Below are positions 9,624-18,932 of a DNA stretch of 51,405 nt, piece after piece; the first letter of the stretch is position 1, and each line of letters begins with the position of its first letter. Source of the DNA: a virus. Its lineage: Duplodnaviria > Caudoviricetes. Location: the IMG/VR virus record IMGVR_UViG_3300044475_000302, positions 1 through 51,405 of that record; one strand, written 5' to 3'. The notes under the pieces are model-generated. The model ran no database searches and was not told the DNA's origin. It saw only the letters and a program-made list of their open reading frames with translations. The position numbers were made by a program, and so were the translations under genes.

Positions 9624-10402
9624 GGGCGGTAGTCCTTGTGGCGCAGGATGAGCCGGCAGCGGTTGCCCATCGACCATCCATACACCTCGCGGGCCGAGGA
9701 TCGGCCGGCCATGTGGTGGTAGATAAATGGCCCGCTGCCGCCCAACGCTGGGGCTTCCTCGCTGATCAACGCAGGCTCGTCGCCCAGGTAGATCGCGCCG
9801 TGGTTCGGATGGTGGCATGGGCGCCCCGGGGTGGCGATCGCGAACACCAGCAGATCACCACGCCGCGGCTCGGCCACATGCTCGAAGCCGATGTTGAAGG
9901 CGTTCTCCTCGTAGAGGCTTGGGCCATCAGGGTCTTCCCACCAGAGGTCTCTGCGTTCGAAGTTCGGCAGCTGGATGCCGGCTTCGCGTGCGTACCAGTC
10001 CCGGCAGGCCGTCCAACAGTCGAGCAGGCCGTGGACGAATCCGCGGCCGAGCAGAGGCGCGCGGTAGCCGGTCGGCTTGAACCACTCCATATCGCCGCCT
10101 GGCCAGCTTACAATCCCCCATGGCAAGTCGTGCAGTTCGCAGCTGACCAGGTCGCCCATGCTCGGCTTGGCCGAGGCGTCAGGGTGGCTGTGGATGATCG
10201 CCAGCAGCTCGCCGCGATCCTCGGCGTCGGCCAGGTCTTCGTGGTGGAGCTGGAACTGGTCCTTGGACGAGACGGCCAGGTTGCGGCACGGCACGTACTC
10301 GCGGCCTGACGCGGTCTTGATCAGCACCCCGCAGGCTTCGGCCGGGTGCTCGCGTTCCGCATGCTCGCGAATCGCGGCCTGCAGCTGTTGATTAATGCGC
10401 AT
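9620..10402 (-). CDS. Tail assembly protein K (JAB + NlpC/P60)
   Basis: EACG, HSHPD JAB motif, DCW NlpC Cys, NHGAIY; start MRINQQL at 10402. Confidence 0.9.
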   Translation of the reverse strand: MRINQQLQAAIREHAEREHPAEACGVLIKTASGREYVPCRNLAVSSKDQFQLHHEDLADAEDRGELLAIIHSHPDASAKPSMGDLVSCELHDLPWGIVSWPGGDMEWFKPTGYRAPLLGRGFVHGLLDCWTACRDWYAREAGIQLPNFERRDLWWEDPDGPSLYEENAFNIGFEHVAEPRRGDLLVFAIATPGRPCHHPNHGAIYLGDEPALISEEAPALGGSGPFIYHHMAGRSSAREVYGWSMGNRCRLILRHKDYRP

Positions 10403-10404
10403 GG

Positions 10405-11106
10405 TTACCTCGAGCTTGCGATCAGGCTTGCGCCCATGGACCCGCCGAAACGCTTGGTGTTGCCCCGCAGCTTGCAGCTGGCCCAGCGGCCGGCACAGCG
10501 GTCGAGGGCGGGGTTGTCGGTGGGCTCGTTCTGCTTGGTGAACATCGCGGCACCGGTGTAGGCGCAGGCTTCGCCCCGGTACTGCCCGCGGCAGGCCCAC
10601 CGGCACAGCTTGGTGATTTGCTGGCTGGGTAGCTGGATGCCGCCCAGATCCAGAGGGCTGGAGAGGTCGAACGTCACCTGTTCCCGGTCTTCCTCGGTCT
10701 TCTGCTCGATGTACCACAGGTTCTCGCGGCACTGATTCGAAGCCTCGGGGTTGCCGCCTGGGAAGTTGGCGGCATCCAGGAAGTGCTTGAAGGTCTCGAT
10801 CACCCTCACCTTCGCGCCGGCCATGTCCTTCAGCGCCAGGCACAGGGCCGTCACGGCGCCGCGCACGCCGGCGATCTCGTTCGCCAGTTGCAGGCTTGGC
10901 GTAGCTGGCCGGCCGTCGCCGCGGATATCGAACCCCTTCGCTTCCATCTGCATGGGCGAGTAAAGCTGCCCCTGCCAGATGATGTCGCCCTCCTGGGCGT
11001 GCCCGTGAAAGCGCATGATGTTGCCGCCCAGGCGCGTGGCGTCGATCTCGTACAGCCGCACCTGGTTGCCCGGCTCGAGCTTTTGGATGTCGGTTTCGAA
11101 TGCCAT
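10405..11106 (-). CDS. Minor tail protein L
   Basis: PSLQLAN and FLDAANF motifs; Cys cluster (YRGEACAYTG, DRC..SCKLR). Confidence 0.92.
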   Translation of the reverse strand: MAFETDIQKLEPGNQVRLYEIDATRLGGNIMRFHGHAQEGDIIWQGQLYSPMQMEAKGFDIRGDGRPATPSLQLANEIAGVRGAVTALCLALKDMAGAKVRVIETFKHFLDAANFPGGNPEASNQCRENLWYIEQKTEEDREQVTFDLSSPLDLGGIQLPSQQITKLCRWACRGQYRGEACAYTGAAMFTKQNEPTDNPALDRCAGRWASCKLRGNTKRFGGSMGASLIASSR

Positions 11107-11142
11107 GGGGCCTCAGAAAGAAGAAACCCCGCCGGAGCGGGG

Positions 11143-11493
11143 TCAGTACGGGGTGAATGTCTGCTTCATGGTGAAGCTGATCTTGAATTGCCCGGCGCCT
11201 TGCGGGTCGAGCTTGTAGCCATTGATCTTGTACCGGCCCGGCACGCCACCAGGCGGCGTCCAGAAGAACGACCTGAAACCTTCGTGGAGGTCGATGAAGT
11301 CGCGCATCAGGCGGAGCTCCTGCCCCGCCTCAAGACTACCCACCGCTTGGTGCGTCCACTCCTCGGACTTGGTGTTTAGGCCTGTGCCGCCGGACTGAAC
11401 GTATCCGTCGCCGAAGTCGTTCTCCCAGATCCGCTGTTTGACCTCGCCGGACGCGCCGACGCGGGTGCAGAACCCGAATGTCTCCGTCATCAT
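11143..11493 (-). CDS. Minor tail protein M
   Basis: FGDGYVQ..GLN and SFFWTPP motifs. Confidence 0.9.
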   Translation of the reverse strand: MMTETFGFCTRVGASGEVKQRIWENDFGDGYVQSGGTGLNTKSEEWTHQAVGSLEAGQELRLMRDFIDLHEGFRSFFWTPPGGVPGRYKINGYKLDPQGAGQFKISFTMKQTFTPY

Positions 11494-14400
11494 CTCCTCC
11501 CCATGCTTCCGCCCTGGCCGAACTCCTCGTTGAGCACCTTGCGGATCGTCTGCTTCAACCCCTCCCCCATTGCCTCACCCTGCCGACGCGAAGCCTCATC
11601 GCTCATGCCGGGCTGCCCCTGAACGGTGATAGGCGCGTTGATGGTGACACCGCCGCCCCCGCCGCCCACCGCGCCGCCGTCGTTCGCGCTGCGCAGGTAC
11701 TGGGTCAGGTCGCGGTTCTGGCTGGGGTTGAGCACACGCTCACCACCATCGAGCAACCAGGTGCCTTCGCGAGGGATGTTGTCCATGCCGTTGTGCGCCA
11801 TCCCCATCAACGCAGTGGATGCCACGCCGGCAACCATCGGGGCAGTAGTTGCTGCGGCGGCCGCGGCTGCTGCTGGAGCCATGGCCGGGCCCACGATTGG
11901 GATAGCCGCCGTCGAGGAGAACGCGTTCAGCTGAGCCATGAAGGAAGTAGCCTGGGCGTTCGCCACCAGCGCCATGCCGGCGGTTATCTGCGTGGTTTGC
12001 CCAATCGCAGCCTGCACAGCCTGGTAGACAAGCCACTGCGCAGCCATGTCCGTCAAGGCGCTGATCGTGGCTTTGGCAAACCCGGTCACCATGTCGATCA
12101 GGGCGTCACCGGCGTCCTTCGAGCCGGTTGCCACGTCGGACATGAACGAACTGAGCTCGCTCCTGGCGCTACCAAGAACCGAAGTCGTTGCATCTGCAGC
12201 CATGGCTGAGTAGTTCGTTGCCGCGTCAGCGAAGTTCTCCCAGGCGCCAGTAACACCGTCCATCCAATTGGCTTGCGCCTCTTCAAGCTTGCTGTAGTAG
12301 TCCTCCTGCAGCGCCAGGCGCGCAGCCAAAGCCCCGCTGAGCAGCTGCGTTTCCTTGTCGAACAGGTCCTGGCTGATATCGCCGCTGTTTCGCTGCAGAA
12401 CGAGCTCTCGCTGCTGCCGGTTGAAGTCCTCCTCGATCGCCAGCCGCTCCTTCAGCCGCTCCTTGTACTCGTCGCCACGGCCGGCTCCAGCTAGCTCCTG
12501 GTCAAACCCGCTTTTCGCGGTCTGGTAGTCCTCGTTCACGCTGGACCTGAACGCAGCAAGCTTCTTGGCATCCTCCTCGGCTTGCTTCAGCTTTTTCAGG
12601 GCATCCAGTTCAGAAGCCAAGCCCTCGAGGCGCTTGCGTTGCTGAGCGTTGACGCCTTCAAGCTTCCCGGCCGAGATCTCGAAGGCCAGCTTCTCCACTT
12701 CGGTGGCGTTCTTGCGCTTGTCGGTCGAGGTGTTGATCAGCTCGATCTGCCGCTGATACCCCTCCTCCATCTGCTCGAACTGACGACCCAGGGCCTTGCT
12801 GTCTTTGTCGTTGGCTTTAGACTCCTTGAGGGCCTTGCTGGCCTTGTCGATCGCCTCTGCGTACGCAAGTGCCTTCTTTTCATCGGGCGGGGAAAGCTTC
12901 AGCGTTCCTGCGGCCAATTGAGCCCGCAGCTTCTCGACCTCCGTCAGCTTCCCGGCTACTACCGATTGCTTCTCGAGGTTCTTGAGGTAGTTGCCACCGT
13001 CCTTGTCCGAGGCGAGCCTGGAACTGTTCAACTCCTTGTTCAGCTCCTGCAGGGCCAGGCGCAGTGCACCAACTTTTTCCTTCTGCCGGTCAAGGTTGCC
13101 CTGGGAAAGGTTCTTGCCGTTATCGACGTTCTTCTGGAAGACCTCCTGCCACTGCTCGGCCTCTTTCAGCTCTTTGGTCAGGCCAGCAACCTTGTCCTGC
13201 AACTGCTCGTAGGTCTGCCCGGTGAGGTTCTGCGGGATCATATCGCGCGAGGCTCGGCGAATCCGCGCAGAGGCATCTTCAAATGCATCTGCGGCCTTAC
13301 CTGCACCAGCCTCAGCGTTACTGCCAAAGGTCAGGAACGACGCCCCAACAGCCGCCACTGTGAGGACCAATCCTGGGAGGCCGCCCATCACACGCATCAG
13401 GCCGAACCAGGCGCTCTGCAGAGCCGCTATCGCTCGACCAGCAAAAGTTGCTGTCGCGGCCCAAGCGGCGGTCGCTGTGCTTGCGGCATATTGAGCGGCG
13501 GTCACCTGCATCGTAGTGACCGCGACCGCCTCGGTGGCGACAGCCTGTTTTGCCAAGGCGCCGGACACAACGGTCGAACTAGCAACGGTGGTCGCTCCAA
13601 GCTTCGCTTCGGCGGCGGACAACTGGTTGGTAATAGCCACCTCCGCCAGGCGAAGCTCAGCCATACGAGCCACCGACTGCTGCCGACCAACATCAGTGAT
13701 CTGCGCTTGCAGGCGCTGGGCCTCAAGCTGCTTTTCTGCAGCCAGCGAACTCATCACAGCTTGAAGTCTGCCGATCTCAGCAGCCGTGAGCTGTCGCTCT
13801 GCGGCCACCTGCGAGGTGGCAGCCTGAACCGCTTGGCGCGCAGCATTCTGGTTTGCCAGTGCCTCTGCATGGGACGCTTCAGCGCGGCGCAGAGAGCCGT
13901 TGGCCGCGATCATGGCCGCCTCTGCCTGCTCTCTTGCCGCAGCCCTGCCTGCCTGCCAACTGGTGTACAGGGTAGCCAGACTGAGGGCGACCTTGCCCAT
14001 CGCCACGTAGAGGCCGGCAGTCAGAGCCTGCGCAAGCCCTTGAACGCCGGCTGAGTCCCAGGCTTTGGAAGCGCTCAGGGCCGCGGCAGCAAGTGACTTG
14101 GTGAAGCCGAGGGTCTCATCCAGAGAACCTACGAACTTGGTTGCGCTGTTCTCCATTGTCTGGAAGGCGCCGGCGATAGTGGTCTGCGATCTCGCGAACG
14201 CATCATCAATGGCCTGCGTCTGCGACAGGATTGCAGCAAACACCTCTTTCGAGGTGAGCTTCCCGGCCTCACCCATAGAGCGCAGCGATTCCCGCGCGAC
14301 CCCGAGGCCATCCGCGATCGCCTGGGCCAGACCTGGTGCCTGCTCGAGCACCGAGTTGAGTTCTTCCCCTCGAAGCACGCCGGAGGCAAACGCTTGACCC

Positions 14401-14888
14401 AGCTGGACAAGGGCGCCCTGAGCGGCCTCCGCTGACACGCCGCTCGCCGACATGGCCTTGCTGATGTTCTGGGTGACCTGGGCGACTTTTTCCTGTGTCG
14501 TGCCAAGCTGGCCAGAGGAGGCTGAAATGCGCTGATACAGCTCAGCGGTCGCCTCAAGCGAAGACTGGGAGTTTTGCGCGATCGAGAAGACCGACTGCGA
14601 CTGCTTGGAGAACTCGTCGAAGGAGGTCGACACCTGCTTGATCCGGTTCTGGACGCCGACCCAGGCCTGCGAATACTCCATAACCTGCTGCGCGCCCAGA
14701 TACGCTGCAGCGGCGCCAGCAATCGCCTTGAACGAAGCTACTACCGCTTGCGAAGCCCTGTCTGCAGAACGTTCAACCTGGGACATGCTCCGCTGCGTAG
14801 TTCTGGCGGCCTGATCCATGCCCTGCTGAAAGCCGCCAATTCTGGCGATCAGATCTAGCGTGAGGGTGCCCAGAGAGCGACTCGCCAT
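11490..14888 (-). CDS. Tape measure protein
   Basis: 1132 aa Ala-rich; LGTLTLDLIARIGGF start; QLGQAFASGVLRGEELNSVLEQAP domain. Confidence 0.95.
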   Translation of the reverse strand: MASRSLGTLTLDLIARIGGFQQGMDQAARTTQRSMSQVERSADRASQAVVASFKAIAGAAAAYLGAQQVMEYSQAWVGVQNRIKQVSTSFDEFSKQSQSVFSIAQNSQSSLEATAELYQRISASSGQLGTTQEKVAQVTQNISKAMSASGVSAEAAQGALVQLGQAFASGVLRGEELNSVLEQAPGLAQAIADGLGVARESLRSMGEAGKLTSKEVFAAILSQTQAIDDAFARSQTTIAGAFQTMENSATKFVGSLDETLGFTKSLAAAALSASKAWDSAGVQGLAQALTAGLYVAMGKVALSLATLYTSWQAGRAAAREQAEAAMIAANGSLRRAEASHAEALANQNAARQAVQAATSQVAAERQLTAAEIGRLQAVMSSLAAEKQLEAQRLQAQITDVGRQQSVARMAELRLAEVAITNQLSAAEAKLGATTVASSTVVSGALAKQAVATEAVAVTTMQVTAAQYAASTATAAWAATATFAGRAIAALQSAWFGLMRVMGGLPGLVLTVAAVGASFLTFGSNAEAGAGKAADAFEDASARIRRASRDMIPQNLTGQTYEQLQDKVAGLTKELKEAEQWQEVFQKNVDNGKNLSQGNLDRQKEKVGALRLALQELNKELNSSRLASDKDGGNYLKNLEKQSVVAGKLTEVEKLRAQLAAGTLKLSPPDEKKALAYAEAIDKASKALKESKANDKDSKALGRQFEQMEEGYQRQIELINTSTDKRKNATEVEKLAFEISAGKLEGVNAQQRKRLEGLASELDALKKLKQAEEDAKKLAAFRSSVNEDYQTAKSGFDQELAGAGRGDEYKERLKERLAIEEDFNRQQRELVLQRNSGDISQDLFDKETQLLSGALAARLALQEDYYSKLEEAQANWMDGVTGAWENFADAATNYSAMAADATTSVLGSARSELSSFMSDVATGSKDAGDALIDMVTGFAKATISALTDMAAQWLVYQAVQAAIGQTTQITAGMALVANAQATSFMAQLNAFSSTAAIPIVGPAMAPAAAAAAAATTAPMVAGVASTALMGMAHNGMDNIPREGTWLLDGGERVLNPSQNRDLTQYLRSANDGGAVGGGGGGVTINAPITVQGQPGMSDEASRRQGEAMGEGLKQTIRKVLNEEFGQGGSMGRR

Positions 14889-14902
14889 GCTTTCCTCCAG
14901 GC

Positions 14903-14927
14903 GAAAAAAAGCCCGCCGAAGCGGGCT
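14903..14927 (-). terminator. Intrinsic terminator after the lipoprotein moron
   Basis: AGCCCGC-TTCG-GCGGGCT followed by a T-run on the minus strand. Confidence 0.75.
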
Positions 14928-14938
14928 CTGTGGTCATT

Positions 14939-15250
14939 TTACCGGTATGGATTAGCCATATCGGTGGTGGTGTAACTGACTACCTTGCCGGAAGGGTCGA
15001 GGATTACGCTCAGGCCCTGGCTCTTGTAGTTACTGCCCGCAAAACCAACATGCGAGTAGCCCCAAGACATCACCTGGGTACCGTCCGAGTTTTTCGTCAC
15101 AGACATTGGCTGCCCAAAGCTCGCCAGCAGCTCTTCCCGGGTAGTTTTCCCTTGCTGGATTGCGTCGAGCTGCGCCTGGGTTACCGGCTTCCCGTAGGTT
15201 GCACAAGCCGATAACGCAATCGCCATGGCCGCGATAACTAGTTTCCTCAT
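14939..15250 (-). CDS. Outer-membrane lipoprotein moron (SmpA/BamE-like fold)
   Basis: Lipobox LSAC; IQQGKTTREELLASFGQP motif; own GGAGG RBS and terminator. Confidence 0.75.
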   Translation of the reverse strand: MRKLVIAAMAIALSACATYGKPVTQAQLDAIQQGKTTREELLASFGQPMSVTKNSDGTQVMSWGYSHVGFAGSNYKSQGLSVILDPSGKVVSYTTTDMANPYR

Positions 15251-15285
15251 GATTGCCTCCTAGCAAAAACAAGGAATCTACCATG

Positions 15286-15590
15286 TCATGACCATTCCGC
15301 CATGGCTTGCTCCAGCGCAGTCCCCGGCCTGGTGTAGTGCGGCATGAAGTCGTAAAGCTCGGCCTTTCCTCCGCCGCTACGGTTGACCTGTAGCGCGATC
15401 AGCGCCGTGGCCAGCTCGACACGGCGGGCCAGGTTCAGCGATCCATGCTTATCCCGATACGCCACCCAGGCCAGCACTTCCGCATAGGACAGCGTGGCCT
15501 TGGCCTCTGCGATCGTCCGGCCACCTATGCCGTTAAGGACGAGTTCGTGCCAGAGCTCCTCGGCCGGGGTGATTTCTTTGCTGGGGGGTT
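15286..15590 (-). CDS. Tail assembly chaperone GT, -1 frame extension
   Basis: The -1 frame is open from the slippery region (EITPAEELWHELVLNGIGGRTIAEAK...) to the stop at 15286. Confidence 0.8.
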
Positions 15591-15908
15591 GTTCACCTCA
15601 TTGACGGCGTTGAGCAGCAGAATGCCCAGGCCTGGGTGCAGATTCACGGCATCGTCGAACGGGAGCTCCTCGGTCCCGTTTTCACCAAGCATCACGCTGG
15701 CAGCCAGATAGCGGGCGTTCTTGAAGCGTTCAGCCTCACCGCCGGCGAACATCGTCTCCATGACGCCGAAGGCGTGCCGGCGAATGTGCACGGTGAACTT
15801 GTCAGTAACCTCCTTCCCATGCTCGCCGACATGCTTCCATGCAATTTTTTTGGGCACCAGGGCATCAGCAATGACGCCGCCTGTTTTCTTCAGTTGCGCG
15901 AGATCCAT
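15525..15908 (-). CDS. Tail assembly chaperone G
   Basis: Between major tail and tape measure genes; followed by an overlapping -1 ORF. Confidence 0.85.
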   Translation of the reverse strand: MDLAQLKKTGGVIADALVPKKIAWKHVGEHGKEVTDKFTVHIRRHAFGVMETMFAGGEAERFKNARYLAASVMLGENGTEELPFDDAVNLHPGLGILLLNAVNEVNNPPAKKSPRPRSSGTNSSLTA

Positions 15909-15917
15909 GGGAACCCC

Positions 15918-16643
15918 TTAGGTGGTCTTCTTGATCCAGGCGGAGCCGCCCGAGCGTTGGATGGAGACCGCAGTGCTGACCACTGCGTTGGCTGCGAAGT
16001 CGAACGGGAAGTCGGCGACGTAGCCCTCGAACACGAACCAGGTGCGCGAGGTCGGCAGCACGAAGTCGGCCTCGAGGTTTACCGATGCAGTTGCAGCGGC
16101 GCCGGTGCCGGAGCCGCCGGTGAACGCGACCGCCGGTGCACTGGTGTAGCCAGTGCCGGGGTTGGTGACGTTGATGGCCACCACCTCATCGCCATCGAGG
16201 ACGGCCACGGCCGTGGCGCCGCTGCCCCCGCCGCCGGTGAGGTTGACGGTAGGCGCACTGGTGTAGCCACTGCCGCCGCTGGTCACCTCGATCTGATCCA
16301 GGCTGCCGGAGGCCGCCAACGTGGGTGCCGCGGTGCCATCGGACCAGCCAACGGCCCATTTGACGGTGGTATCGCCGTCGGCTTCCGACATCTGGTGCAA
16401 GCGGATGTGGCTCGCATTGTTAGGGTCGGCGTTGATGGTCAGGGACGCCTGGCCCGGCGTGCGCAGGCCCGGCTTGTAGGTGCGCTCCTTGGAGCTGAGG
16501 CAGGTGTCTTCGATCTGCTCCTTTGGAGATCCGCCTGGGTTGAACGCGGTTGCACATTCTACCTCCATCACGGAGCTCTGGCCGGTGCCGGTGGGCGGCG
16601 GGGCCAGGCAATACACCTGGGTGCCTTGGGTCAAAATCGACAT
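15918..16643 (-). CDS. Major tail (tube) protein with inserted two-repeat domain
   Basis: [44 protein letters not shown] motifs. Confidence 0.9.
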   Translation of the reverse strand: MSILTQGTQVYCLAPPPTGTGQSSVMEVECATAFNPGGSPKEQIEDTCLSSKERTYKPGLRTPGQASLTINADPNNASHIRLHQMSEADGDTTVKWAVGWSDGTAAPTLAASGSLDQIEVTSGGSGYTSAPTVNLTGGGGSGATAVAVLDGDEVVAINVTNPGTGYTSAPAVAFTGGSGTGAAATASVNLEADFVLPTSRTWFVFEGYVADFPFDFAANAVVSTAVSIQRSGGSAWIKKTT

Positions 16644-16695
16644 GGTGATCTCCTGTCGGTAAAAGAGAAGCCCGCGCAGGGCGGGCTCTGTTGGC

Positions 16696-17064
16696 TCATC
16701 GGAGGACTATCCAGTCCACATCAAAGCTTCGGTGGTAATCCTTGGTTTCGGGGTCGCGGTCGGTAGCCCCCCAGCGGACAACGTAGGCCCGCGGCTCGAT
16801 TGCTGCGCAGAGTGCTTCGGTCACAGCGCGCACTGGGCCAGCGGTGGTCGCATACACGTCCAGTTGAAGGGTGAAACTGTCGGCGTCAGGCCTGCCGGCC
16901 AGGTAGTTCTCGGGCGAGCCAGTGATCAGGCTCCAGACCACATACGGCCTTACCGGCTTCTGTGGCGCTTCGCCGAACGAGTAGAGCCGACACTCGATGC
17001 CCACCCCAAGCAGCGCTGTGACGCCCGGATCTGTTGAGCAGATGGCGAAAATTGGCGCTTCCAT
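16696..17064 (-). CDS. Tail terminator (DUF3168-like)
   Basis: PYVVW, PENYL, LQLDVYA motifs; synteny. Confidence 0.85.
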   Translation of the reverse strand: MEAPIFAICSTDPGVTALLGVGIECRLYSFGEAPQKPVRPYVVWSLITGSPENYLAGRPDADSFTLQLDVYATTAGPVRAVTEALCAAIEPRAYVVRWGATDRDPETKDYHRSFDVDWIVLR

Positions 17065-17537
17065 CAGTTGCCTCGCAGAGCTGCGTCAATTTCCTGCCCG
17101 AACACCTGCACGAAGCGGTCGGTCACTGCGTTGACGTTGCTGGAGAATGCCGGACGCATGAACGGGGCCGGCGGGTTGTGCTGCGTGCCGAACTCGAGGT
17201 AGCGCCAGTGCCGGGTGTCGCCACCCGGATTGCCACTGGCATCCTTGCTGTGCTGGTTCGAACTGGCACCTCCTCGAACCCCCACCCTCATCACCACGCC
17301 GCCCTCTCGCCGCCCCTGGCGACCAGATTCCTGGGTGATGATGTTGCGGAAGATCTTCTCTGCGGTGTCGGGGTCATCCAGGCCTTTGGCGCGAGCGCGC
17401 GCATCGTCGCGGACGATGTTCATGGCCTGCCGCGCAGCCTTGCGTAGCCCAGAGCGGCGCAGCTTCGGTGCGAGCCCAGCCATCTTGTCGGTGATGGCCT
17501 TCAATCCCTGGAGCCGGGCACTGACCTCATCAACCAT
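17064..17537 (-). CDS. HK97 gp10-like tail completion protein
   Basis: WRYLEFGT and PFMRPA motifs. Confidence 0.88.
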   Translation of the reverse strand: MVDEVSARLQGLKAITDKMAGLAPKLRRSGLRKAARQAMNIVRDDARARAKGLDDPDTAEKIFRNIITQESGRQGRREGGVVMRVGVRGGASSNQHSKDASGNPGGDTRHWRYLEFGTQHNPPAPFMRPAFSSNVNAVTDRFVQVFGQEIDAALRGN

Positions 17538-17871
17538 CCTTCACCCCCTTGGAGACCAGAATCGTCAGGTACTCCAGGCCAGAATCAGGGTCCTCAAGGG
17601 GAGGCCCCTCGAAGCTGTATACCTCACCTCGGTAGATGGCACGCATGGTTGGCAGAACACCGGCACGGTACCGGATCACGATGCGCGCGGTCGCCTCAGA
17701 CTGGGCCGCCTGTGCCGCGACCAGATCACGAGCCGAGAGCGGCTCGACCGATGCAGGGCACCTTGGCCAACGAGCCACCCACTGGGGCTCACCGTACTCA
17801 CCGGTTGCCGGATCGCGCGGTATGGTCTCTTCCTCGATGTCGATCCGGTGCCGGAGCTTGCCGGCCCGCAT
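17530..17871 (-). CDS. Head closure protein
   Basis: MRAGKLRHRI start; RIVIRYR motif. Confidence 0.88.
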   Translation of the reverse strand: MRAGKLRHRIDIEEETIPRDPATGEYGEPQWVARWPRCPASVEPLSARDLVAAQAAQSEATARIVIRYRAGVLPTMRAIYRGEVYSFEGPPLEDPDSGLEYLTILVSKGVKDG

Positions 17872-18347
17872 TACACACCCATCCGGATGCGATATGGCAT
17901 CAGCAGATGTTGCGAGGAGAGCGGGAGCTCTGTGGCGATGGCCCCGGTAACCACCTCTTCGCGGTTTGCGAACAAGTGCCCAAGTCTGAGCAGGCAGGCA
18001 GCCTGAATCGCAGGGTTTACCACCATGCCATAGGCGATGGCATCTGCCTGTTCATAGGCATCAGCCAGCGCCCGCCTGGCGTGATCGAGGAGACGGCAAC
18101 GGATTGAGTGATCTTGCTCAGCATCAGCAACGGCGACCGCTGAGGCGTTCGCATCTTTTGCAGCCTGGAGTGCTTGCGGTACCGCAGCGCGTGCTGAATC
18201 AAGCGTCACCTGATCCAGATAGAAGCGGCGATTCAAAAACTGCATCGCCGCCTCCTCCGCCGCCTCCAGCTGGGCCTGGACTAGAGGCTGGTCTTCTGGT
18301 TCGGCCAGCAGGTGGTGCATGGCCACCTCGATCGCAATTACGGTCAT
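17871..18347 (-). CDS. Head-tail connector (gp6-like)
   Basis: AAEEAAMQFLNR, LGHLFANREEV, LLMPYR motifs. Confidence 0.88.
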   Translation of the reverse strand: MTVIAIEVAMHHLLAEPEDQPLVQAQLEAAEEAAMQFLNRRFYLDQVTLDSARAAVPQALQAAKDANASAVAVADAEQDHSIRCRLLDHARRALADAYEQADAIAYGMVVNPAIQAACLLRLGHLFANREEVVTGAIATELPLSSQHLLMPYRIRMGV

Positions 18348-18350
18348 GGC

Positions 18351-18884
18351 CTACTCCTTCAGCGGTTCGAGCGATGCCAGATTCCGCTGTACCAGCTCCT
18401 CCGCATGCCGGCGGGGCACCGTGTACGCAGAGCCGCCGCGACGACGCAACTCGCCCTCGTCCATGTAGGACCGCATCGGGTAGATTTGAAGAGTTGCTGG
18501 ATTGGGATTGGCCTCGGACTGATCCTCCTCAGCGGACTCATCCTCTCCGCCGCTGTTGTCCGTCAGTGCCGGCCCGTTCTGGCCCGCACCTTCCGATGCC
18601 ACCGCTTTCGCGGCGAGGGTTTCGGCGCCGGCGTTCAAGCCACTTGCGGCGATGTCAGATTCGGCTCCTGAGTCTGCCGGCGCCACTGGCAGTGCCTGGT
18701 CTGCGCTCTCCCCCGAGCCTGGAACAGTCGCGGAAGCGCCAGCCTCGTCAGGATTTGGCGAAGCTGCATCACCAGGCGAAAGGAGCAAAGCCCCGCCCTC
18801 GAGCTGGCTGCCGCTGGTTTCAGTGGTAGAGCCAGGACCCTTCGGATCAACCGTGGATTCCGGCTTTTCCTGTTTACGTGCCAT
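18351..18884 (-). CDS. Hypothetical protein after capsid gene (acidic low-complexity N-terminus)
   Basis: MARKQEK start after AGGAG; ordered C-terminal segment YPMRSYMD..AEELVQRNLA. Confidence 0.7.
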   Translation of the reverse strand: MARKQEKPESTVDPKGPGSTTETSGSQLEGGALLLSPGDAASPNPDEAGASATVPGSGESADQALPVAPADSGAESDIAASGLNAGAETLAAKAVASEGAGQNGPALTDNSGGEDESAEEDQSEANPNPATLQIYPMRSYMDEGELRRRGGSAYTVPRRHAEELVQRNLASLEPLKE

Positions 18885-18932
18885 GAGAAAACTCCTGGAG
18901 GGCGCCCTTTCTGGCGCCACTTCGCGGAAGGT

